Notes: generated from the sequence alone by a model not told the origin. A stretch of 64,000 bases of DNA from Acidimicrobiia bacterium (GCA_024762335.1 JANTHO010000003.1:1115-65114); one strand, 5' to 3'; positions 28,919 through 38,838 are shown, counted from the first letter of the stretch. Translations and numbers: made by a program.

Positions 28919-28992
28919 TCGGGCTGGCCGGATTTGAACCGGCGACCTCTTGACCCCCAGTCAAGCGCGCTGCCATGCTGCGCCACAGCCCG
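28919..28992 (-). tRNA. tRNA-Pro(GGG)
   Basis: CGGGCTG acceptor stem, CTTGA-CTGGGGG-TCAAG anticodon arm, GCCGG-TTCAAAT-CCGGC T arm; CCA not encoded. Confidence 0.97.
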
Positions 28993-29056
28993 TACACCTA
29001 CATGCTACCGGACCACGAGGTGAAGCCCTCGTCCGGGCCGGCTGCCCCCCGCCGGG

Positions 29057-29638
29057 TCAGTCTTCGGTGTCGTACTCTTCGACCGCGACGATCACCTCAT
29101 CGGCGATGCCGTCGCCATCGACGTCTATTGCCACCGCACCGACAACGGTCGCTTCGACCTCATCGAGCGCCCCGTCCCCCGTGACGTCGAGACCGCTTGC
29201 TTCCAGCACAGTCGTTTCCGACACGTCGAACTGGCCGTCACCGGTCGTGTCGTACGCGATGGTCGTCGTTTCTGTGATCTCGATGGTGTCCGGCCGTCCG
29301 TTACCGCTCACATCCATCACGACTTCTTCGGTGACGACGCGTGTCCCTACATCCGGCGTCCCGTCACCGTCCGCATCAACCACCGTCTCGGTAACCGTCG
29401 TGGTTTCGATGATGTCGGGTGTGCCATCCCCGTCCACATCGATCTCCCGTACCTCGGTCGTCCTGACGGCGACGCCGTCCGAGATCCCGTCTCCGTCGAC
29501 GTCGATCTCTTTCGCAACAACATCCTTCATCACGACCTCATCGTCCGAGCCCTCGACCGAAACCTCATCGATACCGCTCAACTCCTCGGCTGCATCGTCA
29601 ATCGCAACGGGCGTCTGATCGCCAGCACCGGACTTCAT
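29057..29638 (-). CDS. Acidic protein with seven DxDGDG-type calcium-binding-like repeats
   Basis: DVDGDG, DVDGDG, DADGDG, DVSGNG, DTTGDG, DVTGDG, DVDGDG at a period of about 21 aa; AAGGA RBS. Confidence 0.8.
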   Translation of the reverse strand: MKSGAGDQTPVAIDDAAEELSGIDEVSVEGSDDEVVMKDVVAKEIDVDGDGISDGVAVRTTEVREIDVDGDGTPDIIETTTVTETVVDADGDGTPDVGTRVVTEEVVMDVSGNGRPDTIEITETTTIAYDTTGDGQFDVSETTVLEASGLDVTGDGALDEVEATVVGAVAIDVDGDGIADEVIVAVEEYDTED

Positions 29639-29782
29639 CTGCATTCCTTTGGTTTGGGAAGGCGATCGTACTCTCCCCCGAGCCGCTTGTCTCCAGGATC
29701 CCTGCATCGCTGACGGCGCTCAGTAGGATTGACGGATGCTCCCCTGTGTGCATTCAGCAATCCTCCTCCGCATGGCTACACC

Positions 29783-31435
29783 GTGAGCTCCGCGTCCGAC
29801 TGGTTCTTCCTCATCATGGGGTTCTTCGGAGGCCTCTCCCTCTTCCTCCTTGGGATGGACCGTACGATCAGCGGCTTCAAGGGAATCGCCGGCAACCGCC
29901 TCCGGTGGGTCCTGTCCCATCTCACGGGGAATCGATTCACCGGCGTCATCTCCGGTGCGACCATCACCGCACTCATTCAGTCGTCGAGCGTCACCACCGT
30001 CGTTCTCGTCGGACTGATCTCAGCGAACGCGATGTCCCTCACCCAGGCGATTCCGGTCATCTTCGGTGCCAACATCGGTTCCACCGTCACGGCGCAGATC
30101 ATCGCGTTCCAGGTGACGAAGTACGCCCTCGGGGTCGTCACCATCGGATACGCAATCGAGTTCTTCGCCAAACAGGAGATGCTCGAACGCATCGGTCGGA
30201 CGATCATGGGACTCGGCCTCGTCTTCTTCGGCCTCTCAGTGATGGGGCTGTCGATGGAGCCGCTCCAGGAATACCAGCCGTTCCTCGACACGATGGCGGC
30301 GATCTCCAACGTCTGGATCGGAATCGCCATCGGAGCCATCTTCACCGGCCTCATCCAATCCTCTGCCGCCACCACAGCGATCGTCATCTCTATGGCGGCG
30401 ACCGGGCTCATCACACTCGACCTCGCGATTGCGCTCGTGCTGGGAGCGAATATCGGGACGTCGATCACAGCCCAGCTCGCTGCGATCGGAAAGCCACCCG
30501 AGGCTAGGAGAGCAGCCTTCGTCCACACGACGTTCAACGTGATCGGCGCACTGATCTGGGTTCCGTTCATCAACGTGCTCGCCGCAATCGCCATTCGTCT
30601 CTCCCCGCCGGATGACATCGCACGACAGGTTGCGTGGGCCCACACGACGTTCAACGTCGCGAACGTATTCATCTTCATTTGGTTCACCAAGTGGTTTGCC
30701 AGGGCTGCCGAACTCGCCATCAAAGCAAGGCCGGAAGATGAGTCCAGAAGGATCGAGCCTCGGTTCCTCAGTCCCGAGCTTCTGGCAACACCGTCCATCG
30801 CCCTCGACCATGCACGCAAGGAGATCGGCCGGATGGGAGCTCGCGTCCGCGACATGGTGGTTGCCGGAGTCGATGCCGCGATCTCCGGCACCTTGGCGGA
30901 CCTGGATCAGGTCGCCGCAGCCGACGACGATGTCGACGAGCTCCACGCTCGTGTCGTCACGTATCTGGCCCGTATCTCGGAAGGCGAGATCACGAGGGAG
31001 CAGACCGACGAGCTGCTCGGACTGCTCGAAGCGGCGGGCGACATGGAGGCCATCGGCGATGCCGTCTCGAAGAATCTCGTCTCCGATGGACGCAAGCGAA
31101 TCGAGGCGGCGATCGTCATTTCGCCACCGACTCGCGAGATCCTGGCGGATTTGGCAGACGAGGTGATCGAGGCAGTCGACACCGCTACGGCAGCCCTCGC
31201 ATCCGACGATCCGGAGGCCGCACAGCGAGCCATCGACATGAAGCCCGAAATCACGGCGCGGACGGCGGAGGCTCGCGGACACCAACTCGAGCGCCTCACC
31301 GTCGACGAGCCCCACCGATTCACCGCCTACCGCATCGAGGCCGACATCATCGAGGATCTCAAGCGGATCTACTACTACGCGAAACGGGCGGCACGCGTCG
31401 GAGTCCCCGGCAATCACCATCCCGATGAGTCCTGA
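29783..31435 (+). CDS. Na/Pi cotransporter family protein with C-terminal PhoU-like domains
   Basis: IQSSSVTTV, GANIGSTVTAQ, repeated QSSAAT/GANIGTS, helical PhoU-like C-terminus; start uncertain. Confidence 0.92.
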   Translation: MSSASDWFFLIMGFFGGLSLFLLGMDRTISGFKGIAGNRLRWVLSHLTGNRFTGVISGATITALIQSSSVTTVVLVGLISANAMSLTQAIPVIFGANIGSTVTAQIIAFQVTKYALGVVTIGYAIEFFAKQEMLERIGRTIMGLGLVFFGLSVMGLSMEPLQEYQPFLDTMAAISNVWIGIAIGAIFTGLIQSSAATTAIVISMAATGLITLDLAIALVLGANIGTSITAQLAAIGKPPEARRAAFVHTTFNVIGALIWVPFINVLAAIAIRLSPPDDIARQVAWAHTTFNVANVFIFIWFTKWFARAAELAIKARPEDESRRIEPRFLSPELLATPSIALDHARKEIGRMGARVRDMVVAGVDAAISGTLADLDQVAAADDDVDELHARVVTYLARISEGEITREQTDELLGLLEAAGDMEAIGDAVSKNLVSDGRKRIEAAIVISPPTREILADLADEVIEAVDTATAALASDDPEAAQRAIDMKPEITARTAEARGHQLERLTVDEPHRFTAYRIEADIIEDLKRIYYYAKRAARVGVPGNHHPDES

Positions 31436-31441
31436 GAACGG

Positions 31442-31591
31442 TCAGCCCCCGAGCCAGCCCACGAGGGCCATGACGCCCTGAATCAGACGCCATCCAAGGT
31501 AGATCGCGAGCGCGCCGAGAAGGAGCATGAACCCGATTGGCCAGCGCCCCCGTTCCTCCTGCGGGACGGCGTCGCGGTCCGGATCGGTCAT
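31442..31591 (-). CDS. Small single-pass membrane protein (49 aa), not in the ORF track
   Basis: MTDPDRDAVPQEERGRWPIGFMLLLGALAIYLGWRLIQGVMALVGWLGG; ATGA overlap with the carboxyltransferase stop. Confidence 0.7.
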   Translation of the reverse strand: MTDPDRDAVPQEERGRWPIGFMLLLGALAIYLGWRLIQGVMALVGWLGG

Positions 31592-33120
31592 ACGGGCGGG
31601 ACACCGTGGCGGCGAACCGAGAATGTCCGATCCTTCCGCGCGGCATATCGCAGACGTGTGATCAGCTCTCGCCGGATCTCCTCCGGTTGGATCACCGCAT
31701 CGACCACCGTCTCCGATGCCAGCCGCAGAAGATCGACGTCTGCCGAATACTCGGTGCGTCGTTCCTCGATGAACGCCTCACGCTCATCGGGAGGCAGCGC
31801 CTCGATCTTGTTGAAGTAGACGGCATTGATCGCGGCCTCCGGTCCCATGACGGCGATCTCCGCAGTCGGGAGCGCAAGAGTTGCATCCGGCCGGAAGCCG
31901 GGCCCAGAAAACGCGTACAGGCCGGCTCCATAGGCTTTGCGCACGATCACCGAGATCCTCGGCACCGTCGCCTCGGCGATCGCGGTCAACATCTTCGCTC
32001 CGGCCCGGATGATGCCCTCGCGCTCCACCTTCGTACCGATCATGAATCCGGGGACGTCGGCGAAGAAGAGCAGCGGGATGTTCATCGCGTCGCAAAGCCA
32101 CATGAACCGGGCTGCCTTGTCAGCGGAGTCCACGAAGAGCACACCGCCGAGGTGGCTCGGCTGTGAAGCGACAATGCCGACGGGCTTGCCATCGAGGAGC
32201 GCGAAGGCGGTGATCACCTCCCGTGCGAACCGTTCCTTGATCTGGAACAACGAGCCGGCATCGACGATCCCGCGCAGGAACTCGACCATGTCGTAACCGG
32301 CCTTCGGATCCTCCGGGAGAATCTCCGCCGGCCGGTAGCCCTCTTCGGGATGTGACGGGGCGTAGGCGGGTGGGAGTACTTTCGTGTGGTCTGCGACGTA
32401 GCTGAAGTAGTCCTGTGCCCACGCGATCGCTTCCTCGTCGCTCGACACGAGGGCATCGCCGCAGCCGGAGATCTCGCAGTGCATCCGCGCACCGCCCATC
32501 TCCTCGAGCGTCGTCTGCTCACCGATCACCATCTGCGCCATCCGCGGCGATCCGAGATACATCGAAGCCCGTCCTTCGACCATCACGACGACGTCGCAGA
32601 ACGATGGGATATAGGCGCCGCCTGCAGCGGAAGGGCCGAAGAGGCAACAGACCTGCGGCACTCTCCCGGAGAGCCGGATCTGGTTGTAGAAGATCTTCCC
32701 GGCGCCCCTGCGTCCGGGGAACAGGTCCACCTGGTCGGTGATTCGTGCCCCGGCCGAATCGACGAGGAAGAATACGGGAAGGAGTTCGTCGTATGCAGCT
32801 TCGAGCGCCCGGATGATCTTCTCGACCGTGAGCCGCCCCCAGCTCCCCGCCTTCACCGTCGGGTCGTTGGCGATCACCATCACCGGCCGCCCGTCGATCG
32901 TGCCGCGACCGGTGACGACGGCATCCGCACCGTGACCTTCGGTCATGGCGTTCGCGAGCAACCCATCTTCGACGAACGAACCGGGATCGCACAGGAGGTC
33001 GACACGGTCACGGACGAAGAGCTTGCCCTGCGTCTTCAGCTTGTCGTGGTACTTCTCCGGCCCGCCCGTAGCGGCCCGATCGGTGGCTTCGTGGAATCGG
33101 TCGCTCAGGGACCCGGTCAC
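31588..33120 (-). CDS. Acyl-CoA carboxylase carboxyltransferase (beta) subunit
   Basis: NDPTVKAGSWG, DSAGARITDQ, GPSAAGGAY, DVPGFMIG, RKAYGAG; GTGA overlap with der. Confidence 0.94.
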   Translation of the reverse strand: MTGSLSDRFHEATDRAATGGPEKYHDKLKTQGKLFVRDRVDLLCDPGSFVEDGLLANAMTEGHGADAVVTGRGTIDGRPVMVIANDPTVKAGSWGRLTVEKIIRALEAAYDELLPVFFLVDSAGARITDQVDLFPGRRGAGKIFYNQIRLSGRVPQVCCLFGPSAAGGAYIPSFCDVVVMVEGRASMYLGSPRMAQMVIGEQTTLEEMGGARMHCEISGCGDALVSSDEEAIAWAQDYFSYVADHTKVLPPAYAPSHPEEGYRPAEILPEDPKAGYDMVEFLRGIVDAGSLFQIKERFAREVITAFALLDGKPVGIVASQPSHLGGVLFVDSADKAARFMWLCDAMNIPLLFFADVPGFMIGTKVEREGIIRAGAKMLTAIAEATVPRISVIVRKAYGAGLYAFSGPGFRPDATLALPTAEIAVMGPEAAINAVYFNKIEALPPDEREAFIEERRTEYSADVDLLRLASETVVDAVIQPEEIRRELITRLRYAARKDRTFSVRRHGVPPV

Positions 33121-34436
33121 CGCTCTCTCCCCCGGCGCACCCGTGCAACCACCCGTACGGGCGTTCCTTCGAAGTCGTAGGTCTCTCTGAGTCGGCGTTC
33201 GATGAACCGAAGATAGTCGGCTCCGAGGTCGCCGCCGCGCACGAACAGGATGAACGTCGGCGGTTCGCTCTCCGCCTGCACGGCGTAGATGATGTGGGGA
33301 CGCTTGTTCTTGCGGACCGGCGGCGGATGGGCTTCCTGGAGGCTTCGAACGAGGCGGTTGAGTTCCGGTGTCGGTATTCGCCTCCTCCGGTTCTCCAGAA
33401 CCCGGCGAACGGCGGCAGGTAGTCTCAACAGCCGGGAACCCGTCTTCGCCGATATGCGCAGGACCGGTGCCCAATCGACGAATGCGAGGCGATCGGCAAC
33501 CGAGTCCTCCGTGTGGAGACGCTCGTCCTCGTCGCGAATGTCCCACTTGTTCAGGACGAGGATCAACCCGGCGCCCGCGTTGACGATCTCCTCAGCGAGC
33601 CGCTGTTCCTGGTGTGTGGCACCCCTGGTCCCGTCGATCATCAGCAATGCGACGTCGGCTTGCGCCAGCACCTCTCTGGCCCGCATCACGGCGTAGCGCT
33701 CCACGTCGTCGTTGATCTTCGTGCGGCGTTTGATCCCGGCCGTATCGATGATCTCGAATGGCTCCCCATCGAGGTCGACAACGAGATTGATCGGATCCCG
33801 CGTCGTACCGGGGACTTCCGAAACGAGAACACGGTCCTCTCCCGCCAATCGGTTCAGCAGCGTCGACTTCCCGACGTTCGGCCGTCCCATGATCGCCAGG
33901 CTGGCGATGACATCGTCGGCGGTGGCTTCACCCGGCTCTGGGAGCGTCTCGACGAGACGGTCCAGAAGATCTCCCGTGTTCCTTCCGTGGAGGGCGGAAA
34001 TCGGGATCGGTTCTCCGAGACCAAGCGACCAGACATGCGACAGATCGGTCTCCGCCGCTTCCGAATCGACCTTGTTCGCCACGAAGAGGTACGGCACACC
34101 GCTGCGTTGCAGGATGCGGGCAACGCCGACGTCGTCGTCGCTGAGCGCCGCCGTACCGTCGGTGACGAAGACGACGACGTCTGCCCCGCCGACGGCGATC
34201 TCGGCCTGTTCACGAATGTCGGCCGTCAGTTGCTCACCCGGCCGATACTCCCATCCGCCGGTATCGACGATGATGAACTCGCGGCCGTTCCAGTCTGCCG
34301 TGAACTCGCGTCGATCCCGTGTGACGCCGGCCTGCTCGTCCACCACCGCGGCCTTGCGACGGACGATCCGGTTGACCAGGGTCGACTTCCCGACATTGGG
34401 GCGACCGAGGATCACCACGACTGGAAGTCTGCTCAT
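33117..34436 (-). CDS. der: Ribosome biogenesis GTPase Der (EngA)
   Basis: Two GRPNVGKS P-loops, DTGG/DTAG, NKVD/NKWD, KH-like C-terminus. Confidence 0.97.
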   Translation of the reverse strand: MSRLPVVVILGRPNVGKSTLVNRIVRRKAAVVDEQAGVTRDRREFTADWNGREFIIVDTGGWEYRPGEQLTADIREQAEIAVGGADVVVFVTDGTAALSDDDVGVARILQRSGVPYLFVANKVDSEAAETDLSHVWSLGLGEPIPISALHGRNTGDLLDRLVETLPEPGEATADDVIASLAIMGRPNVGKSTLLNRLAGEDRVLVSEVPGTTRDPINLVVDLDGEPFEIIDTAGIKRRTKINDDVERYAVMRAREVLAQADVALLMIDGTRGATHQEQRLAEEIVNAGAGLILVLNKWDIRDEDERLHTEDSVADRLAFVDWAPVLRISAKTGSRLLRLPAAVRRVLENRRRRIPTPELNRLVRSLQEAHPPPVRKNKRPHIIYAVQAESEPPTFILFVRGGDLGADYLRFIERRLRETYDFEGTPVRVVARVRRGRER

Positions 34437-35815
34437 GCCGCCGCTCCTTCGATGAGTCCCCCGGCAGTCGCCGGGGTGACGATGATCGGTACCGGTGCCG
34501 CTCTCCGAAGATCCTCCAGCGACGTGTCGTCGAGGAACCGATCTCCGGAGAGTGCCACGTCTGGAAGAAGGTAGCGGGCGACACGACGATCGTCGGTCTC
34601 TACGACCGTTCGAAGGTCGGAACCGACGAGAAGACCAGCCACCCCCGTGTTGCCTCCGAAGAAACGGTTCTCCACTTCGATGATCTGCAGCTCTCTGCCG
34701 CTCAGCCGTTCGAGGCTCGGAATCAACGGCTTCAGGGCCGCTGCACCGTACGTGCCGGTCAAGATGCCGACCGGTCCGGCTTCCGCCTGTGGATCGGATC
34801 CGGTGTGGCGTGGTGCCCGATATCCCTCCCCCGGGGCAGAGGGAATCGTCCGCCATTCCCCGGTCGCAGTGGGTCCGCTTCCTGCGAACCCACGCTCGAG
34901 TGCACGAACTTCTTCGGTGAAGGCCCGCACCATGCCGATCCCGTTCTCGTGCTGGGCATAGTCCTCGTAAGCCTCGGCTGCCGGAACATCCCGGCCTGCG
35001 ACGAGGTAGAGCTCGTCCGATGCGAAGAACATGCGACGGCCGAGACGCCGTTCCGCTTCGGCCTGCCAGAACGCGACCGTGTCGAGATCCGCGGCCGCCT
35101 CCTCCGGGGTGTGGACGCGAAGGTTCGCTTCGGTGTTGTACCGGGAGAGTCCGAGGGGAACGATGCCGACCGATGCGAGTTCGGGGTAGCGGGTGAGGAT
35201 TTCCGCAGCGGTACGGTCGAGCACGGCACCGTTGTTGATTCCAGGACAGAGCACGATCTGGCCGTGAATGGTGACGTCTCGTTCAAGCAGCGCCCGGAGC
35301 CATCGAAGTGACGTGGCACCTCGCGGGTTCCTCAACATCCGGGTGCGCACAACCGGATCGGTGGCATGGATCGAGACGTAGAGCGGGCCGAGCCGCTCCT
35401 CAACGACTCTGGCGAGGTCGAGTTCGGTGAATCTGGTCAGCGTCGTGAAATTCCCATACAGGAACGACAGCCGGTAATCATCGTCCTTGAGATACAGCGT
35501 TTCCCGCATCCCGGGTGGAAGCTGATAGATGAAGCAGAACTCGCAGTGGTTGTCGCAGGTCTGCACCCGGTCGAAGATCGACGATGACAACCGAATTCCG
35601 AGGGGTTCACCGACGGTCTTCTCGATGGTGAGCGTGCGCTCCCCCGTCGCTGTGGAGATCCTGATGTCGAGTTCGGCGTCGTCGACGAGTTGCTGGTACT
35701 CGATGACGTCGGATGGAACGATTCCGTTCACCGAAATCAGTTCATCACCGACGGACAGACCCGCCACATCGGCCGGACTGTTGCTGACGATCTCGATCAC
35801 GGTTGGGTTGGACAT
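34433..35815 (-). CDS. PDZ + radical-SAM-like DUF512 protein
   Basis: N-terminal PDZ, CDNHCEFC (CxxxCxxC), KDDDYRLSFLYGNF, QHENGIG. Confidence 0.9.
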   Translation of the reverse strand: MSNPTVIEIVSNSPADVAGLSVGDELISVNGIVPSDVIEYQQLVDDAELDIRISTATGERTLTIEKTVGEPLGIRLSSSIFDRVQTCDNHCEFCFIYQLPPGMRETLYLKDDDYRLSFLYGNFTTLTRFTELDLARVVEERLGPLYVSIHATDPVVRTRMLRNPRGATSLRWLRALLERDVTIHGQIVLCPGINNGAVLDRTAAEILTRYPELASVGIVPLGLSRYNTEANLRVHTPEEAAADLDTVAFWQAEAERRLGRRMFFASDELYLVAGRDVPAAEAYEDYAQHENGIGMVRAFTEEVRALERGFAGSGPTATGEWRTIPSAPGEGYRAPRHTGSDPQAEAGPVGILTGTYGAAALKPLIPSLERLSGRELQIIEVENRFFGGNTGVAGLLVGSDLRTVVETDDRRVARYLLPDVALSGDRFLDDTSLEDLRRAAPVPIIVTPATAGGLIEGAAA

Positions 35816-35872
35816 CGGTGCCCGGATGGTACCCGTCCCGCCTCCAGACCTGATGCCTGTATCCTTGTCTGC

Positions 35873-36919
35873 ATGTCTCCCAGGGTGTTGCTCGCAGAAC
35901 CGCGCGGTTTCTGCGCCGGGGTCGAGATGGCGATCAAGTCGCTGACCTGGATGGTCCAGATCTTTGAACCGCCGGTGTACTGCTATCACGAGATCGTGCA
36001 CAACGCCGCCGTCGTCGACGCGTTCGAACGGGCCGGCGTCGTCTTCGTCGATTCGGTGGAAGAAGTACCCGCGGGCAGTCCCGTCATGCTCTCCGCCCAC
36101 GGTTCCGCTCCCGACGTCGTCACTGCAGCCGAACGAAGAGCGGCCGTGATGATCGACGCAGTCTGCCCGCTCGTCACCAAGGTTCATCACGAGATGCGGC
36201 GTATGTCGGACGCCGGATACGACATCATCTACGTCGGGCACCAGGGACACGACGAGGCCATCGGTGCCGTCGCCGAAGCCCCGTCCGCGTCGACGCTCAT
36301 CGACCCCGTCGACGGCCTCGGCGCTTTCAACCCGAAGGATCCAGAGAAGGTGGCTCTGCTCGCACAGACGACCTTGGGCCTCTACGAGTGGGAAGGCATC
36401 CTCGACGATGCAGCGCTGCGGTTCCCGGACCTCCAGACGGCCCGCAAGAGCGACCTGTGTTATGCCACCACGAATCGACAGACGGCGATCCTGCGCCTCA
36501 CCGATGCCTGCTCCGTCATCCTCGTCGTCGGGTCGGAGAACTCGTCGAACACCCAGGCGCTGGTGCGCGTTGCCCAGAAGGAGGGCGTTCGGGCCTACCG
36601 AGTCGATGGCCCGGACGATGTTGACCCCGCGTGGTTCACCGACAGCGATGTCGTCGGGGTGACGGCCGGAGCATCGGCACCGGATCAACGGGTCCGGGCG
36701 GTCATCGAGGCGGTGGCGCCGGGCGGTCCGGTCGAGGTGCTCCGGGTGACAGATGAAGACGAGTATTTCCCGCTTCCTCCACGGCTCCGTTCGTTCGTGA
36801 CGACGCTTCAGGCCCTCGTGGAAGGGGCCTTCGGTGCCCCCGAGCCGGGCCGTTCCGGACCGATCGAGAACGACCGTGGATGGGACGCGAGCGAAGCACT
36901 CGAACTCCTCAACGTCTGA
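35873..36919 (+). CDS. ispH: 4-hydroxy-3-methylbut-2-enyl diphosphate reductase
   Basis: PRGFCAGV, HEIVHN, SAHG, CPLVTKVH, CYATTNRQ, SSN, TAGASAP. Confidence 0.96.
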   Translation: MSPRVLLAEPRGFCAGVEMAIKSLTWMVQIFEPPVYCYHEIVHNAAVVDAFERAGVVFVDSVEEVPAGSPVMLSAHGSAPDVVTAAERRAAVMIDAVCPLVTKVHHEMRRMSDAGYDIIYVGHQGHDEAIGAVAEAPSASTLIDPVDGLGAFNPKDPEKVALLAQTTLGLYEWEGILDDAALRFPDLQTARKSDLCYATTNRQTAILRLTDACSVILVVGSENSSNTQALVRVAQKEGVRAYRVDGPDDVDPAWFTDSDVVGVTAGASAPDQRVRAVIEAVAPGGPVEVLRVTDEDEYFPLPPRLRSFVTTLQALVEGAFGAPEPGRSGPIENDRGWDASEALELLNV

Positions 36920-36931
36920 GTGCCGACTCGG

Positions 36932-37579
36932 TCAGGAGAGGCCGTGGGCGAGATCCAGGATCTGCTGTACCACGGCGTCGATGCTGAGAGCGCTCGTGTC
37001 GATGATGACCGCATCGTCGGCAGGTCGCAGCGGTGAGGCCTTGCGCGTTGAGTCGGTGTGATCTCTCGCAGCGAGTTCGCCTGCTATCTCCGCGGTGGAC
37101 TTCCCCGCTGCTTCCCGATCCCCAGATCTTCGCGCCGCACGTACCTCCGGCCGGGCGGTCAGGTAGATCTTGAGCGGGGCGTCGGGGAACACAACGGTCC
37201 CGATGTCCCTTCCCTCAACCACCGCGTTGCCGCCGTGCTCGTCGACCCACGATCGTTGCCATGCCACGATGCGTTCCCGCACATCAGGATGGGTCGCGAC
37301 TGTGCTGGCTGCACCTGCGATTTCAGTGGTGCGGATCGTCTCGGTGACGTCTTCGCCGTCGAATGTGACCGCACCGTCTTCGATGTCGACCCGTGCCGAA
37401 TCGATCGCGTCCAGGACGGCATCCGGATCGTCGAGATCGGCGCCGCTCTCCAACGCGGCCAGGCCGGCAACCCGGTAGGTCGAACCGGTGTCGAAGTGCG
37501 GCACACCGAGCGCCTCGGCAACTCGGTGGGATACCGTCGACTTCCCGACGCCTCCCGGCCCGTCTATCGCGATGACCAC
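36932..37579 (-). CDS. cmk: Cytidylate kinase
   Basis: IAIDGPGGVGKST, DTGSTYR, EGRDIGTVVFP. Confidence 0.96.
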   Translation of the reverse strand: MVIAIDGPGGVGKSTVSHRVAEALGVPHFDTGSTYRVAGLAALESGADLDDPDAVLDAIDSARVDIEDGAVTFDGEDVTETIRTTEIAGAASTVATHPDVRERIVAWQRSWVDEHGGNAVVEGRDIGTVVFPDAPLKIYLTARPEVRAARRSGDREAAGKSTAEIAGELAARDHTDSTRKASPLRPADDAVIIDTSALSIDAVVQQILDLAHGLS

Positions 37580-38838
37580 ACTGCCTCCAACGTGTCGTAG
37601 ATCGAAGGCCAGGATACGTCGGCTGCAGAGGCTCCAAGAATCGTCACGGGCCCGTCTGCCGTCGTAGCAGCGACAGCGGCCGCCATCGCGATCCGGTGAT
37701 CCCCCATCGCATCCACGGTTCCCCCCGAGAGGAAGCCGGTTCCGACGATGGCGAATCCATCTTCGGTGGCTTCCGCTCCCCCACCGAGTGCGCGGATCAT
37801 CGCAGTGGTGCTCTCGACTCGATCGCTCTCCTTGGCGCGCAATTCCGCGGCATCGCGCACGACGGTGAGGCCTTCGGCGTATGCGCCGAGCACGGCGACA
37901 AGCGGCAGTTCATCGATGGCCGCAGCCACGGTGGCTCCGGAGACTTCCACGCCATGCAAACCCCGACCGGTGACCGACACGGTGCCGGTCGGGTCCCCGT
38001 GGATCTCCCCGGTGACTTCACCGTTCACCTCGGCGCCCATCCGTTCGAGGATTCCGAGGAACCCGAGACGACCCGGGTTCAGAGACACATCGGGAGTCAC
38101 TACTTGTGCTCCTTCGACGAGCGCCGCGCTCGCCCACAGATAGGCGGCGCTGGATGGATCCCCGGGGATGGCGTATCGGGTTCCCGGGATCCGGCCGGGT
38201 GTGATGCTCGTCGGTCCGCCGGCGTCGGTCGATGCGAGGCCGAACGCCTCGAGCCATCGCTCCGTGTGATCCCGATATCCGGCTGGACTCTGGATCGTCG
38301 ACGGGCCCTCGGCCTGGATCGCCGCCAGCTCGAAAGCGGTGCGAACCTGGGCGGATGCAATGTCGATCGATACGTCGGCCCCGACGAGGTGGTTTCCGTC
38401 GATGACGAGCGGCGCCGTGCCGTCCGGTTCGGTGGTGACGCGGGCTCCGAGAGCGGAGAGGGGCGCCACGAGTCGTCGCATTGGACGGGATCGCAGCGAC
38501 TCATCGCCGGTGAGGACCGTCCGCATGGCTGCACCGGCGAGCACCCCGGTGAGGAGCCGCATGGTGGTACCCGAGTTGCCGCAATCGATCGGTTCCGTCG
38601 GCCGGGTCATCGTCTCCGGTGGGTTGAGGCGCTGTTCGGACATCCGGGTCCCGAGAGCGGCGACGGCCCTCATGCTGGAGATGACGTCCTGTCCCGGTGC
38701 GAGGCCGGCGATCTCGCTCGGAGCGTCCGCCAATGTGGCGAAGATGATCGCCCGATGCGACAGCGACTTATCGCCAGGGACCCGCACGCCGATGTGGAAC
38801 GGCGCCGTCGCCGGTTCAAGTGTCCTGGCGTCGCGCAT
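37564..38838 (-). CDS. aroA: 3-phosphoshikimate 1-carboxyvinyltransferase
   Basis: PGDKSLSHRA, CGNSGTTMR, RDHTE, ELRAKESDR, DHRIAM; AAGGAG RBS. Confidence 0.95.
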   Translation of the reverse strand: MRDARTLEPATAPFHIGVRVPGDKSLSHRAIIFATLADAPSEIAGLAPGQDVISSMRAVAALGTRMSEQRLNPPETMTRPTEPIDCGNSGTTMRLLTGVLAGAAMRTVLTGDESLRSRPMRRLVAPLSALGARVTTEPDGTAPLVIDGNHLVGADVSIDIASAQVRTAFELAAIQAEGPSTIQSPAGYRDHTERWLEAFGLASTDAGGPTSITPGRIPGTRYAIPGDPSSAAYLWASAALVEGAQVVTPDVSLNPGRLGFLGILERMGAEVNGEVTGEIHGDPTGTVSVTGRGLHGVEVSGATVAAAIDELPLVAVLGAYAEGLTVVRDAAELRAKESDRVESTTAMIRALGGGAEATEDGFAIVGTGFLSGGTVDAMGDHRIAMAAAVAATTADGPVTILGASAADVSWPSIYDTLEAVWSSR

